A stretch of 64,000 nt of DNA from the human T2T-CHM13v2.0 reference genome, Homo sapiens (GCF_009914755.1 NC_060935.1), one strand, 5' to 3'. Positions 22,215-49,855 are shown, counted from the first letter of the stretch. Numbers and translations are program-made. The notes: generated by a model from the sequence alone, not told the origin.

Positions 22215-24490
22215 TTAAAGGGGCCGCGCGCTATTTCCTCCTGCCAGCTCGCGGGGGGCTGGGGGGAAAGGCGGGAGGCAACGAGCCCAGCCGAGGCTCA
22301 GCAGCCTGCGCCCGCTCCGGACGCTAGGGGCACGGACCTCGCCGCCCCCGCGGGCCCGCACCGCCGCCTGCGGGGCTCCGGTCCCGGCTCCCAAAGGGTC
22401 ACTGAGGTGGCGAGGGGCGCCCGCGTCCGCTGCGACGCGCTTCCACCCGGGCTCGGCTCGCGGCCACCGCCCCCTCGGGGCATCTCAGCGCCGGGAGCGC
22501 CCGCTGAGGAGGCCGGGGTCCCTGCCCGGGGCTGCCTCCCGCCGCGCAAGCGGGTCGCGAGCTCCGTGCGGGCCCCGGAGCGGCCGCTACTGGCAGGGGC
22601 CCCAGATGGCTGCGGCCCCGCCGAGAGGGTGGAGCCGTGGGGGCGGCCGCGCCCCCTCCCGCGGGAGCCGCCCGGGAGCGCTGAGAGCTCGGGCTTCTCA
22701 TGGGAGGGGCGGACAAGCGAGGCTCCCCCGAGCCAGCCAGGGGTGGGGGCGGCGGCCGCAGTGACTCGGGCTGGGGAGAGGGGCGCACAGCAGACCCGCA
22801 GAGAGCCGGCTGCGCCGGGGCCCGACCCTGCGGGCTGGAGGTGGCCCCAGGATGGAAGCCGGGAGGAGAGGGCGTGCGCGGCGGTGACTCAGGATCCTGC
22901 CCCCGCAGGCCTGGGGGTGCCTGACGAGGCCCTTGACGCAGCCCCAGACCCCCGGCCCGGCCCTAGGAAGCGAAAAATGCTGGCCCCGGGCGGGGTGTCG
23001 GGCACCTGGGGAGGCGCGTTACCACGGCTCGGAAGCGCTGGGCGGACCCTGGCTGCGGGTCCCGGGGCGCCCCCGGTCCCCCAGCTCCGGAGAAGCGGAG
23101 CGCAGGGACCCGGAGAGGCAGCCGGGGCGCAGCAGCCTGGGGTCCTCCTGCGAGGACCGGCGGGAGGAGCAGGTGCTCGCTTTGCCTGAGGTTGGGCGCC
23201 CACAACAAAGGCGATTCCTGGAGATCCAAATTACAGGGTGCGGGAGGCCTGCAGGGTCTTCTTATCTGGAGGCGGGTTTTGTTCCCTGCACTGGCGAGTT
23301 ACCCAGCTGTCGCCGATGGCAGTTCGTCCGCTTGTCACCACCTACTGTGTGCCCGCATGCTTTCAGACGCTGGACACACAGCACTGAAAAACATGGGCAA
23401 GACCGATACTGCCTGTGACTTTCCTTCTCAGAGGCACCCACAGCCTCTGAAAAGGAAACCGCTCCAGCCTTTCGGGAGCCATGGGAATTAAATTACTTGG
23501 AACACAGGAAACCTGTCCCCGAAGTGCTTATGAGGAGGGGACAAGAACTAAGATTTCTTAAGTGCCTCTGGGCTCTGTCGCCGCGGAGATGTCCCGTCTC
23601 TTCCTCAGCCCCCATGTTGACGTGCTTGAGACTCCACCTTGGGTAAACTGAGTCTCCTTTCACAGCTCTGCTCTCTTCGCGGCAGGCCCTGCGCTCAGGG
23701 GGGCGGGGGGGGGTTGCACTTCCTCTCACCCACTGGGGTCAGAGGCCCTGATGCTGATGGGTGCCACGCAGGCCCTGAGATGGGAGATTCCTTAATTCAT
23801 TATGTCCCTCATCTGTGCCAGGCCCGGGAACACAAAGGGAAAGTGAGACAGAGACCTGGGCTTCACGCACTTCTAAGTAGTATGGTTTAAAAAAAAAAAA
23901 AAAAAGAAAAAGAAAGAAAGAAAAGAAAGGAAAAGAAGCTAAAAGAGCCTAATGTCCTAAAATGAAAGAAGCCTGTTCTTCTGGGGCCAAGGGCCCTTGT
24001 GCTTTATTCTAGTTTAGTTGCTCACTCCACAGAGAACCAATGCTGAGGGCCAGCCCCTGTGAGACTCTGGTGTCTGTCCTGCCAGTGCTCTGTGTGTATA
24101 AAAAGGGTAATTTTATTACCAGAAGAAAGGTATCAAAGCCACCTGGAGCCACCTTCAACAACCTCTGCCCTCCCCTTCCCACCCACATTCTGCACGACCT
24201 CAGGAACGGCTGCACGCTTGACAGTTCTAAAAGTTTCCCACTCACTACTTGATCCCCGCAGCAGCCCCGTGAAGCTGGAACTTTGTTGTCGGGATGAAGA
24301 AATGGAGACTCAGAGAGTCAAGAGCCTTGCGCAAGGCCATTCATTTATTTCTGCACTTCTTTTCTTGTTCAGAAAGCAGTCATAAGTGATGAGAACAGGG
24401 CTGGGGGTGCAGAGACTTAAGAATAACATAATGCAGTGGGGGGGTACCCCCCAACCCCACTGGGGGAAGGGGAAACCAATGGCAGTGAGT

Positions 24491-24756
24491 CAGGGCCACA
24501 TTCTCACTTTCTCAGGCCTTAGGTGCTTTTGTCTTCATGAGGTATCTTCCTCTATTTAAAAAAAAAATAAAAATTTAAATAATTCAGTAGATTTTCATGG
24601 GCCCTACGCATTTATTTTTTTGATGTGAGAAAAAAAATTGTCTTTGACCCTTACATTTTTTTCATCTAATTTTAAAATAAAACATTTTCATGAGCCCCTA
24701 AAAGTACCTTGCACTCTAGGCACCAGTGCCTCGGTGCCCTGGGTCCCTGGCACTGA
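24491..24756. mobile_element. Probable hAT-Tip100-type MITE
   Basis: CAGGGCC...GGCACTG termini with an AT-rich interior and repeated ttttcatgRgccc motifs. Confidence 0.4.
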
Positions 24757-25199
24757 TTGCAGTAGAGGGTGATAAGCACCAAGGAAAAGGGAAGCCCCAG
24801 GAAGGGTCACCCAACTGGGGAAGACTTCCTAAAGAGGGCATTGTTTAAACCAAAACTAGAAAGACCAGGGTATTGCCAGAAGGAGAAAGGGAACAAGGGT
24901 TTCCTGGCAGAGGCTGGGAAAATTCTGGATGAAGGAGGGTTTCAGGTGGGAGAGGGAGAAGAGGAAATAGAAATTGGCAGGGACTAGAGCCTTAGGTGCC
25001 ACATGGAGAGTCTCAGTTTGTCCTGAAGGCACTGGGAATGCTGGGAATTGTGGACAATTATGGAGGCAGCTGGGAGAACGCTGGGGAGAGGGACAGCAAC
25101 AAAGACCCATGTCAAGGCAGCAGCCCCAGGGCCAATGGAGAGGAGGCAAAAGATTTGAGCAGGGCCACAGCACATCATGGTGTAAACTTCACTGCATTG

Positions 25200-25595
25200 A
25201 GGAGGAAGAGAAGGAAGAGGTGGTGGCAACTGGAGGATGAATACCAGCTGAGTGAGGAGGAGGAGGAGAAGGAGGAGGAGGAGGAGGAGGAGGAGGAGGA
25301 GGAGGAGGTGGCAACTGGAGGATGAATACCAGCTGAGTGAGGAGGAGGAGAAGGAGGAGGAGGAGGAGGAGGAGGCAACTGGAGGATGAATACCAGCTGA
25401 GTGAAGAGAAGGAGGAGGAGGAGGCAACTGGAGGATGAATACCAGCTGAGTGAAGAGAAGGAGGAGGAGGAGGCAACTGGAGGATGAATACCAGCTGAGT
25501 GAAGAGAAGGAGGAGGAGGAGGAGGGGAAGAAGGAGAAGGAGGAGGGCAAGAAGGAGGAGGAGGAAGGGGAGGCGACCGGAGGATGAATACCAGC
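25200..25595. repeat. Compound minisatellite: 31-bp core x5 plus one degenerate copy, separated by GGA-rich spacers
   Basis: GGCAACTGGAGGATGAATACCAGCTGAGTGA at 25225, 25310, 25374, 25423 and 25472; degenerate, truncated copy at 25572. Confidence 0.95.
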
Positions 25596-25744
25596 AAAGC
25601 CAGGAAAAAGGATACCTCTTCTCACCAAGGGGCTATTTCTTACCTAAGTGATATACCTAAAAGTTGCTTATGCCTGGGGCAGGGGTCAGGAGTGTTGAGG
25701 GCTAGTAGTGGTTCTAGCTTGAGCATATCAAGAAGATAGAATTA

Positions 25745-26215
<471 letters not shown>

Positions 26216-26792
26216 TTACACCTTACCTCTTCCATTCTCTAACTCAGATTCACTTAGTCCCCTGTGTGGTGTCTCCAGCCAGCCCTAGAACTTCTAAGGT
26301 TGTTGGTCCCAGCCTTCAAGGGCCAGCGTCCCCCAGTGGGGCAGCCTTCTCCTAGTGCTTCAGTGGCTCCTTGGGCAGGTCCCGTTAAAAGGAGGGCCAC
26401 TGACAACAAAAACAGAGGAACTGTGAATTGTGTTCCCAAAGGAAGGTTTTTAAGGAGGTAAAACATTAACCTCCCTAGACCCAACTTTGTGACAAATTCT
26501 GGATTCTACTTTTCAGGATATCTCAGAACTAAAAAAAAACAAATCCTGGTTCTAAAAGTAGCCTTCAACATTCTCCAGAGAGCAGACCCAAACTCCTTCA
26601 AAAAACTAAGATCGGTCATATAGGCTGTAATGTTAAAGGAACTTTCTATGTAGATTGTAAATTAAATCATCCCTTGTAAAATCCCAAAGGAATTTCAAAC
26701 TTAAGGATTATATCCAGGTCTAAGCCAAAACCTTGAGCTTTGAATGTGTGTGTTGAGGGGAGAGAGTGTGGAATTTTATTTAATTTAATTAA

Positions 26793-27128
<336 letters not shown>

Positions 27129-27211
27129 TGATATTGAATTCCTGACCTCGTGATCCACCTGTCTTGGCCTCCCAAAGTGCTGGGATTACAGGCGTGAGCC
27201 ACTGCCCCTGA

Positions 27212-27358
<147 letters not shown>

Positions 27359-27369
27359 TAAAATTGTAA

Positions 27370-28880
<1,511 letters not shown>

Positions 28881-28918
28881 GTGATTGCCCTGTACAGCGA
28901 AGCACTCTGAATGCCTCA

Positions 28919-29098
<180 letters not shown>

Positions 29099-29697
29099 TT
29101 AGCTGGGCATGGTGGCTGGCACCTGTAATCCCAGCTACTCAGGAAGCTGAGGCAGGAGAATGGCTTGAACCTGGGAGGCGGAGGTTGCAATGAACCGAGA
29201 TCACATCATTGCACTCCAACCTGGGCTACGGAGCGAGACTCCATCTCAAAAAAAACAAACAAACAAACAAAAACACAGGATAGTCTTCTTGGCCCTACCT
29301 GTTGGTGCCAATGGAAGGATAATTCTTAGGGCCAGGGCACAAGTGTCCTGAGTTCCCCCTGCCAGTGTGGAAAACCACAGATGCACTGGACGGTGCTCCT
29401 CAGAGCCAGCCTTGGATGCTGGCTGCTGCTGGCTCCCCAATTCCTGGTTTTAGGGACCTCTAAGATGGCCCCAATGTCCTAACCCGTCCACCCCACTAAA
29501 GAGGGACAGTCCCATAATGGTCCAACTCTTTGACAAGACCATGAGCAAGGATGAAGAACAAGGGGTAGTTGACCAACAAGGCCTTCATTCCTGTCCCTCT
29601 TTATTAAAAAAAAAAAAAACATAGACACAGAGTCTCCCTATGTTGTCGAGGCTGGTCTCGAACTCCTGGGCTCAAGTGATTCTCCAGCCTTGGCCTC

Positions 29698-30053
29698 TGA
29701 TATGGTTTGGCTGCGTCCCCACCCAAATCTCACCTTGAATTATAATAATTCCCACATGTGGAGGGTGAGGCCAGGTGGAGATAATTGAATCATGGGGGCA
29801 GTTTCCCCAGTATTGTTCTCGTGGTAGTGAATAAGTCTCACAAGATCTGATGGTTTTATAAATGGGAGTTACTCTGCACAAGCTCTCTTGTCTGCCACCA
29901 TGTAAGACATGACTTTGCTCCTTATTCCCCTTCTGCCATGATTTTGAGGCATCCCCAGCCATGTGGAACTGCGAGTCAATTAAACTTCTTTCCTTTATAA
30001 ATTACCCAGTCTTGGGTATGTCTTTATGAACAGCATGAGAACGGACTAATACA
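29698..30053 (+). mobile_element. THE1-family (ERVL-MaLR) solo LTR inserted in an Alu monomer
   Basis: TGATATGGTTTGGCTG...GGACTAATACA termini; 5-bp TSD GCCTC on both sides. Confidence 0.92.
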
Positions 30054-30130
30054 GCCTCCCAAAGTGCTGGGACTACAGGTATGAGCCACCACACCCAGCC
30101 TGTCCCTCTTTAAATGTGTCAAAAGTGTAA

Positions 30131-30399
<269 letters not shown>

Positions 30400-31584
30400 T
30401 AGTAGAGTTGGGGTTTCACCACGTTAGCCAGGCTGGTCTTGAACTCCTGACCTCAAGTGATCCGCCTGCCTCGGCCTCCCAAAGTGCTGGGATTACAGCA
30501 TGAGCCACTGTACCCAGCCAAATCAGCACACTTTTGATAATAAATGATTAAAAATAAAAATAAAAATAAAACTGGCTTAAAAGTTTAAAGCAGGAGAGGG
30601 TGTATTGGTTCATGGGACTGAAAATTAAAAAATGATCTTCAGATGTGGCTCGATGCAAGGTTCAAGCAGTGTCCCGGTGATCTTAATGTCTGTCTGTCTG
30701 TCTCTCTCCATCTCTACCCTGCTCCCCTGTTTGTTGGCTGTCCTTTTGGAAAGGTCTTTCTACAGGATGACCCCAGCACCTCCAGACTCACAGCCTGACA
30801 ACTGGAAGGCTCACAGAAAAGAAAGAGATCTTCTCTCCTCCAACAATGTGAACAAAGTCCCAGGTCTAAATCTCACTGGATCACATTGGATCATGAGCCT
30901 GTCCTTCAACGAGTTACTGAAACTAAACTCACGGGATATGCCATTCACTTAAGCCTGGGTCAGAGGCCCGCTCCTGGAGGAGTCAGCACTCCCAACTATG
31001 TGGACTAAGGGTGCTCTCTATAAAGAAAAACTGGATGGAGTTAACACAAGAAGTAATGCTGAACAGCAGAAACAACAGAAGTCTAGTCACTCATGTTGAG
31101 AACATATTGCCATTCCAATTAATAGCAAGACACAGTAACAGGAGTGAGGCACATCTTAGGGGTTGGCCCTTCCATTCTATCCCTTCACAGCCCTGTAGGA
31201 AATGGCTCTCCTCTGCTCTCTGGCCAGCTCTCCAAGGGCTGTCCCCAAGATCAATCCCTTCCGACCCAGAATGGGGCCCACAGCAGTCACCTTTCCTCCA
31301 AACTTTCCAGCCCAAAAGCCTATAGTTGCCTACCCAGTAAGAGTGGTCACTCTGACCCATGAAAGACCAGTCAGATCTCTCTCCTGACATTCTTTTTGGG
31401 GATTTCATAGACAGCCAAATGATCTCTGAGATTGACTTGAAACTGCACAAATCTATCATGAAGAATAGAAGCAAGAGGCCGGGCGTGGTGTAATCCCAGC
31501 ACTTTGGGAGGCAGAGGCGGGTGGATTACAAGGTCAGGAGATCAAGACCATCCTGGCTAACACGATGAAACCCCGTCTCTACTA

Positions 31585-31890
<306 letters not shown>

Positions 31891-32977
31891 TTATTTTGAT
31901 AGAATAACTGTGGAAATATATTTCAAGGGGACAAAGAGTAGAGGCAGGAAGACTGATTAGAAGGCTATCGAATTGGACTATCAGAGAAAGAGAGGCTGCC
32001 AGGAATAGACAGTGGAGAAGGAAATGCAGAAAGGAGCAGATTTCAGAGTTACGGAGGAAGGAAGTTTAACAGAATAGGGGATGGACTAGGGGAGAAAAGG
32101 GGGTTCCAAGGATGAGAATGAAGTTTTGAGTTTGCATGAAAAGAAAGATAGTATTGCTACTCATTGAACTGAAAGACAGTAGAAGAGAAGTGGGCTTGGA
32201 GGAAGGGGTGTATCAGCTTGAGTAACAGATAGGGTGTATGTGTTACATTTGGCTGCAAGTAACAGAGGACAGAGGCTAAAATATAAAGCTCTTTGTTGTT
32301 TATGTAAGAAGTCCAGGGGTTGGAGGTCCCAGACTTAGTTCAAATTCTTCCCACTCTTCAGCTCCATCATTTTTAGCTGGCTTTTAACTCTTTTGTTTGT
32401 TATCTCATGATCAAAAGCTGTATACCACAGCTCCAAATATGTGCTCATACCAGCATTCCAAGGAAGAAGAAAGAGACAAGGGCAAAAGTTCTTTCCTCCA
32501 GAGGCTCTGTCTTTTATCTGGGAATCAAACTCTTCCCTAGAAACTCCCCAGGAAATTTTCCCTTACCTCTCATTGGCCAGAACTGGTTGCATAGTTGTCT
32601 CTGGCTACAAAGGAAGCTAGGAATATTTGTATTCAGTATTTGGCAACAGGAAAAGCAATTATCATTGGTAGTTTAACCATAATTCATCCCCCGGGGTTGC
32701 GGGGAGAGCCTGTATTCCTAAAAATCAAGGGATTTCCACCTACTTCCTGTACCAAGCAGACATATATTGGCAGGATACAGGAGGCTGGGAAGGCTGGTGG
32801 GTCACAATGAACTGAGCATACATAGGTACACTATCATTTGTGCATATCATCTCCATTTCTTTCTGGAAACACCAGCTTCATTTTTCCTTCTGGAATGATA
32901 CCTCTTCTCACACTCAAACTAAGTGGTTTTGGTATAGCTGATTTCATCCCCCACACTGAGTTGACATATGACCCAGG

Positions 32978-33097
32978 TAGGGTTACCAGATAAAACACAG
33001 GATGCATACTTGGGAATACTAATCCAAAAAAATTTATTCATTGTGTATCTGAAATTCAAATGTCCTGTATTTTTATGTGCTAAATCTGGCAACTCCA
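32978..33097. mobile_element. MER53-like palindromic MITE, internally deleted
   Basis: TAGGGTTACCAGATAAAACACAGGA ... TCCTGTATTTT...ATCTGGCAACTCC inverted termini. Confidence 0.7.
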
Positions 33098-34451
33098 CAT
33101 CCAGGCCTATTAATAGGACACTAGATTGATTTGGAAAAGGCCATGAGTCCTAAGGTAGGCTGAGGAGAGTCATCCTTTGGACATCTGCTGGAGCTCTCTG
33201 GAAAGAGCCTGTCTCATTCTACTGGGGTTGCAAAGCTAGCAGAACATATGATCAGCTGCAGATATGTGCCCATGACCCAAATCTGGTCCATCAGAATACT
33301 ATTTTCCCCAATTACAATGTTTGACTGATAGCTGGGCATATAACCCAACCCAAGCCAAGTCAGCAAGACTTGACCATGGAGCTGATGACGGAATTAATGG
33401 GCAGGAGAAATCTCTGTCCACGGGAGTTGCTGAGCTTGAGGAATGTAAGCCTGAAGCTGCTGGCAGATATCTCACCCCTGTGAGAGGAGGGTAGGCCTAA
33501 GAGTGAAGTCAGAAGAGAGAAAACCAGAAGCAAGAGATGGAAAGACAGACATCGAGTCTTCTCAATATCATTTTACCCTGAAGTCACCCTGACCCTGGAC
33601 TTACTGGTTAATTGAGCCAATAACTTTCCATAATGGCTTAAGCCAGTTTCGGTTGGGGTTCTGGCACTTGCCACCAAGATAGTCCTGATTAGGGAAGATC
33701 TCAGGTTCAATTTTACACGCAGTAAATTTGAGATACCTCAGAGTGGAGACATCAAGTTGGCTGATGCAAATGTGGGTCTAATCTAGAGGTTTAAATTGGT
33801 AATTCTCCTTTGTATAGATGGAAAGTGAATTCCCCGTGCAAAAGCAGAAGATGGGTCTTCATTGAACATTTGATGAATAAATGAATGAAGGCATAAACAA
33901 ATGAATACAACAGTCTGATTATTCCTTGGTAGCCATTTAAACCAGAAGTGCTGGCTAGGCACGGTGGCTCAACCTGTAATCCCAGCACTTTGGGAGGCCG
34001 AGGCGGGTGGATCATTTGAGGTCAGGAGTTTGAGACCAACCAGGACAACATAGTGAAACCCTGTCTCCACTAAAAATATGAAAATTATCTGGGCACAGTG
34101 GTGCGCGCCTGTAGTCCCACTACTCGGGAGGCTGAGGCAGGAGAATCGCTTGAACCTGGGAGGCGAACGTTGAAGTGAGCCGAGATCGCACCACTCTACT
34201 CTAGCCTGGGTGACAGAGCAAGACTCGGTCTCAAAAAAAAAAAAAATCAACAACCAGAAGTGCTGACAAGTCCAAGTAGATGAGATAAATAGAATGAATA
34301 CAGCTCAGGAAATCATTAGTGAACTGGCAGACCAACTTGAGTAACTTTCCCAGAAAGAAACAAAATACAAAAAATAGGAAAATATAAAATAAAAACTATA
34401 AGATGCAGAGGGTACAAGTAGAAGTAAAAATACCCAGATAATAAGATTTCA

Positions 34452-35117
<666 letters not shown>

Positions 35118-35594
35118 TTAAAATTTAGGAAAAGATCAAAAAGACTTCTGTTTCCTTTGAGGATATAGAAGTTTTTAGCAGGCCAGTGATCCCATTGCAA
35201 AACAAAAAAATTTTAATTGCAAAAATCATCTTTTTTTTTTTTTTTGAGACAGAGACTCACACTGTTGCCCAGGCTGGAGTGCAGTGGTATGATCTAGGCT
35301 CACTGCAGCCTCCACCTCCCAGGTTTAAGCGATTCTCATGCCTCAGCCTCCGGAGTAGCTGGGATTACAAGTGCCCGCTATCATGCCTGGCTAATTTTTT
35401 GTATTTTTAGTAGAAACAGGGTTTCACTATGTTGGTCAGGCTGGTCTGGAACGCCTGACCTCATGATCCACCTGCCTCGGCCTCCCAAAGTGCTGGGATT
35501 ACAGGCGTGAGCCACCGCACCTGGCCACAGAAAAAAATCATCTTTTTTAAAGACAGCAGAGAGCTGTGAACACAACGAGAATGAAATGAATTAA

Positions 35595-35942
<348 letters not shown>

Positions 35943-36436
35943 TGAATGAGCTGACCATCATTGGTCAAATTTTTTTCCTGGAGGCAATTCCCCCATTCTA
36001 GGCATAAAAACCTAGTCCAGGCAAAGGGACTCTCCTGGTGAGAAGAGAAACCAGCAGAGCTTTTGGTGGTCATGAGGCACTGGAAGCTCCTAGAAGCTCC
36101 TCAAAGGCAGAATGAAATCTTCTGCAGCCTCATAGTGTTCAGTAGACAAAGTCCCAAACATAGGACATTTGCCAGATTTTGAAGATACAATGGTCAGGAG
36201 GCAAAAGAGTGAGGCTCAAAACCTCTAAAAGGCAGAGGCTGAGTGAGGTGACTCACACCAGCAGTCGCAGCACTTGGGGAGGCTGAAGCAGGAGAACCAC
36301 TTGAAGCCAGAGTCTGAGACCATCCTGGGCAGCACAGCAAGACCCCATCTGTACAAAACAATTTTAAAAAATTATCTGGGCATGGTAGTGTACGCCTATA
36401 GCCCCGGCTACTCGGGAGACTGAGGTATGAGGATCA

Positions 36437-36754
<318 letters not shown>

Positions 36755-36899
36755 TCAAAAGCCCAGGAGGATCATGGCTGTGGAACAGGGATAAGAGAGG
36801 TAGCCAGACTCATCCTAAATCCAGCTCAGTTCCTGACTGTATTGAGGTGATCAATTCCTAACTTTATTAACCTAAAAGAGTAAAAGTAGAACACTCTCC

Positions 36900-43345
<6,446 letters not shown>

Positions 43346-43874
43346 GTGGCTCATGCCTGTAATGCCAACAATTTGGTAGACGGAGGCAGGAGGATCCCTT
43401 GAAGTCAGGAGTTTCAGACCAGCCCTGGCAACAGAGTGAGACTCCATCTTTTGTTTTTTTCGCTTTTTTTTTTTGTAGAGACAGAGTCTCACTCTGTTGC
43501 CCAGGTTGGAGTATGGTGGCGAAATCTTGGCTCTCGGCAACCTCCGCCTCCCAGGTTCAAGCAATTCTCCTGCCTCAGGCTCCCAAGTAGCTGGGATTAA
43601 AGGCACTCGCCACCACCCCTAGCCAATTTTTGTACTTTAATAGAGACAGGGTTTCACAGTGTTGGCCAGGCTGGTCTTGAACTCCTGACCCCAGGTGATC
43701 CACCTGCCTCAGCCTCCCAAAACGCTAGAATTACAGGCATGAGCCACAATGTCCAGCCAAAACATTTTTTTTGAATTAGCTGAGTGGGGTGGCATGCACC
43801 TGTAGTCCCAGCTACTCGGGAGGCTGAGGTGGGAGGATCACTTGAACACAGGAGTTTGAGGCTACAGTGAACTA

Positions 43875-44093
<219 letters not shown>

Positions 44094-44507
44094 CTACAAA
44101 AGTACAAAAATTAGCCGGCCATGATGGCAGGTGCTTGTAATCCCAGCTACTCGGGAGGCTGACGTGGTGCAGTGGCTCATGCCTGTAATCCCAGTACTTT
44201 AGGAGATCAAGGGAGGTGGATCACTTGGAAGCCAAGAGTTCAAGACCCGCCTGGCCAACATGGCGAAACCCCATCTCTACAGAAAATACAAAAATTAGCC
44301 AGGCATAGTGGTGAATGCCTGTAATCCCAGCTACTTGGGTGGCTGAAGCACTAGAACTGTTTGAACCCAGGAGGTGGAGGTTGCAGCAAGTCAAGGCTGT
44401 ACCACTGTACTCCAGCCTGGGCAACAGAGTGAGACTCTATCTCAAAAACTATAACAACAATACAACAATACTGTATATATTAGCAACCAAAAATATGATA
44501 TACTTAG

Positions 44508-45843
<1,336 letters not shown>

Positions 45844-46354
45844 TAATCACCAATGATAGTCAAGACTCTTCTGAATAAAAAAAGCAGAAAGGAAGACTTG
45901 TCCAACTAGGGATCAGAACTTACTAGGAAGCCATGGTACTTAATAACATGAGGTGCTGAGGCAGGAGAAGACAGATTAAGTAACCCAGACACAGACCCAT
46001 GCTTTGTATGAAACGTTGATGTATGACAGACATGTTTTGTTAGGTCACTGGAGAAAGGAGGTATTGTTCAAAAATGGAGATGGAAAACTTAGCTATCCTT
46101 ATAAACAAAAGTTAAAATGGATCACTCCCTTATACCATATTACACCAGCAACTACACATGGATAAGGGTGTAAACATATATATGTATATATATATGTATT
46201 TTGAGACAGAGTCTTCTCACTCTGTCTCCCAGGCTGGAGTGCAGTGGCCCAATCTTGGCTCACTGCAACCTCTGCCTCCCAGGTTCAAGCAGTCCTCCAG
46301 ACTCAGCCTCCTGAGAAGCTGAGACTACAGGCATGAGTCACCACACCTGGGTAA

Positions 46355-46501
<147 letters not shown>

Positions 46502-47310
46502 TAAAACAAAACTTTAAAATTTAATAAAAAGGAGAGATGAATATTTTTAAAACATTGGAGTAGAGAAAATTTCCCTAGAAAAAATAGAAAAAGATGTCAT
46601 TTCCTCCTTCCTTTTTTCTCCTTCTTCTCTCCTTCCCCTTTGTTAGGGCTGAGCTTTCCACTGGCCCATAAAGCAGAAGGAGGGGGCCCAGTATGTTCCA
46701 GTCAACCTGTGTGACTAGGACAGAGGGAAGGAGTGGGATTGGGGAAGTGAGTAAGCACATTAAGGATGAAGGGAGTCAGACTTGCCACTGTAATATGTTA
46801 CACATGGAAAGAGGGAAGGCTGGAATAAACCCTGCAGGGTTGGACTAGAAATTGGAGTATTGGCTGTGATTGTGTTTTTTTAATATACATAGACATAGAT
46901 GTCTATTACTTGTACCAAAAAGTAAGGATGTGTGCATAGAAGAATTGTGGAATGTCAAAAGAATACAGAAACCAGCTTGAAGGGGTTTTCATTGGCCTAA
47001 TCTAGAAAAAATTGAACATTAAAATATATCGATTGGGCATCATGGCTCACGTGTGTAATCCCAACTCTTTGGGAGGCTGAAGCAGGAAGAACACTTGAGG
47101 CCAGGAGTTTGAGACCAGCCTGGGCAACATAGGGAGACCCCATCTCTACAAAAGTAAAAATTAGCCAGGCATGGTGGTGTGTGCCTATAATCCCACCAAC
47201 TCAGAAGGCTGAGGTAAGAGGATCCCTTGAGCCCTGCAGTTCAGGTCTGCAGTGAGCTATGATTGCCACACTGCACTCCAGCCTGGGCAAAGAAGCAAGA
47301 CCTGCCTCTA

Positions 47311-47653
<343 letters not shown>

Positions 47654-47671
47654 TCAAGAAAAAGACAATTA

Positions 47672-48127
<456 letters not shown>

Positions 48128-49194
48128 CTACTCACCTCCCACAAAAAAAAAATTAGCAAAGGACTTGAATAGACATTTCTCTAAAGAAGATACACAAATG
48201 GCAAATAAGTACATGAAAAGATGCTCAACATCATTAGACATTAGGCAAATGCAAATTAAAACCACAGTTGAAACCCTCCCAGGTTCAAGCGATTCTCCTG
48301 CCTAGCCTTCCAAGTAGCTGGGATTACAGGTGTGTGCCACCACACCCGGCTAATTTTTGTACTTTTAGTAGGGACACGGTTTTACCATGTTGGCCAGGCT
48401 GGTCTCGAACTCCTGACCTCAAGTGATCTGCCAACCTCTGCTTCCCAAAATGTTGAGGTTACAGGCGTGAGCCACCACGCCAAGCCAATCAGGTGGTTCC
48501 TTCCTTCCTTCCTTTTTTTTTTTTCTTTGTCAGAGTCTCACTCTGTCGCCCGTGTTGGAGTGCAGTGGTGTGAACTTGGCTCACTGCAACCTCCGCCTCC
48601 CAGGTTCAAGTGATTCTCATGCCTCGCTCCACAAGTAGCTGGGATTACAGTCGCACGCCACCACGCCTGACTAATTTTTGTATTTTTACACCATGTTGGC
48701 CAGGCTGGTAAATTTGGTGATTTCTTAAGCGTATCTTGGGGGAAAAAAGTTTCTGAGAGCAGTAAGTATAAACGTGTGTCTAAAATGTGTGTCCTTTTAT
48801 TTATTTATTTTTTTGAGATGGAGTCTTGCTCTGTCGTCCAGGCTGGAGTGCAGTGGCGCAATCTCGGCTCACTGCAACCTCCGCCTCCCGGGTTCAAGCA
48901 ATTCTTTACCTCAGCCTCCTGAGTGGCTGGGATTACAGGCGCCTGCCACCACGCCTGGCTAATTTTTTGTATTTTTAGTGGAGACGGGGTTTCACCATCT
49001 TGGCCAGGCTGGTCTCGAACTCCTGACCTCGTGATCCACCTGCCTCGACCTCCCAAAGTGCTGGGATTACAGGTGTGAGCCACTGTGCCCGGCCTGGACT
49101 TATCTTTTCCAATAGTTATTATTTCTTCCTGTACTTCCTGGGGCCTTGGAGGTATCATGAATCCATACCTGCTTTTTTTTTTTTTTTTTTTTGA

Positions 49195-49299
<105 letters not shown>

Positions 49300-49302
49300 T
49301 GA

Positions 49303-49855
<553 letters not shown>

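Noticed and set aside
25225-25595. CRISPR array (31-bp hairpin repeats with a degenerate last repeat)
   Set aside because: The spacers are low-complexity GGA runs, two of them identical, not unique acquired sequence. There are no cas genes and the context is primate. Kept as a minisatellite.
24984-25628. 214-aa ORF and overlapping ORFs across the repeat array
   Set aside because: They are open because the (TCC)n strand lacks stop codons; the translations are poly-S/L/P with no evident gene structure.
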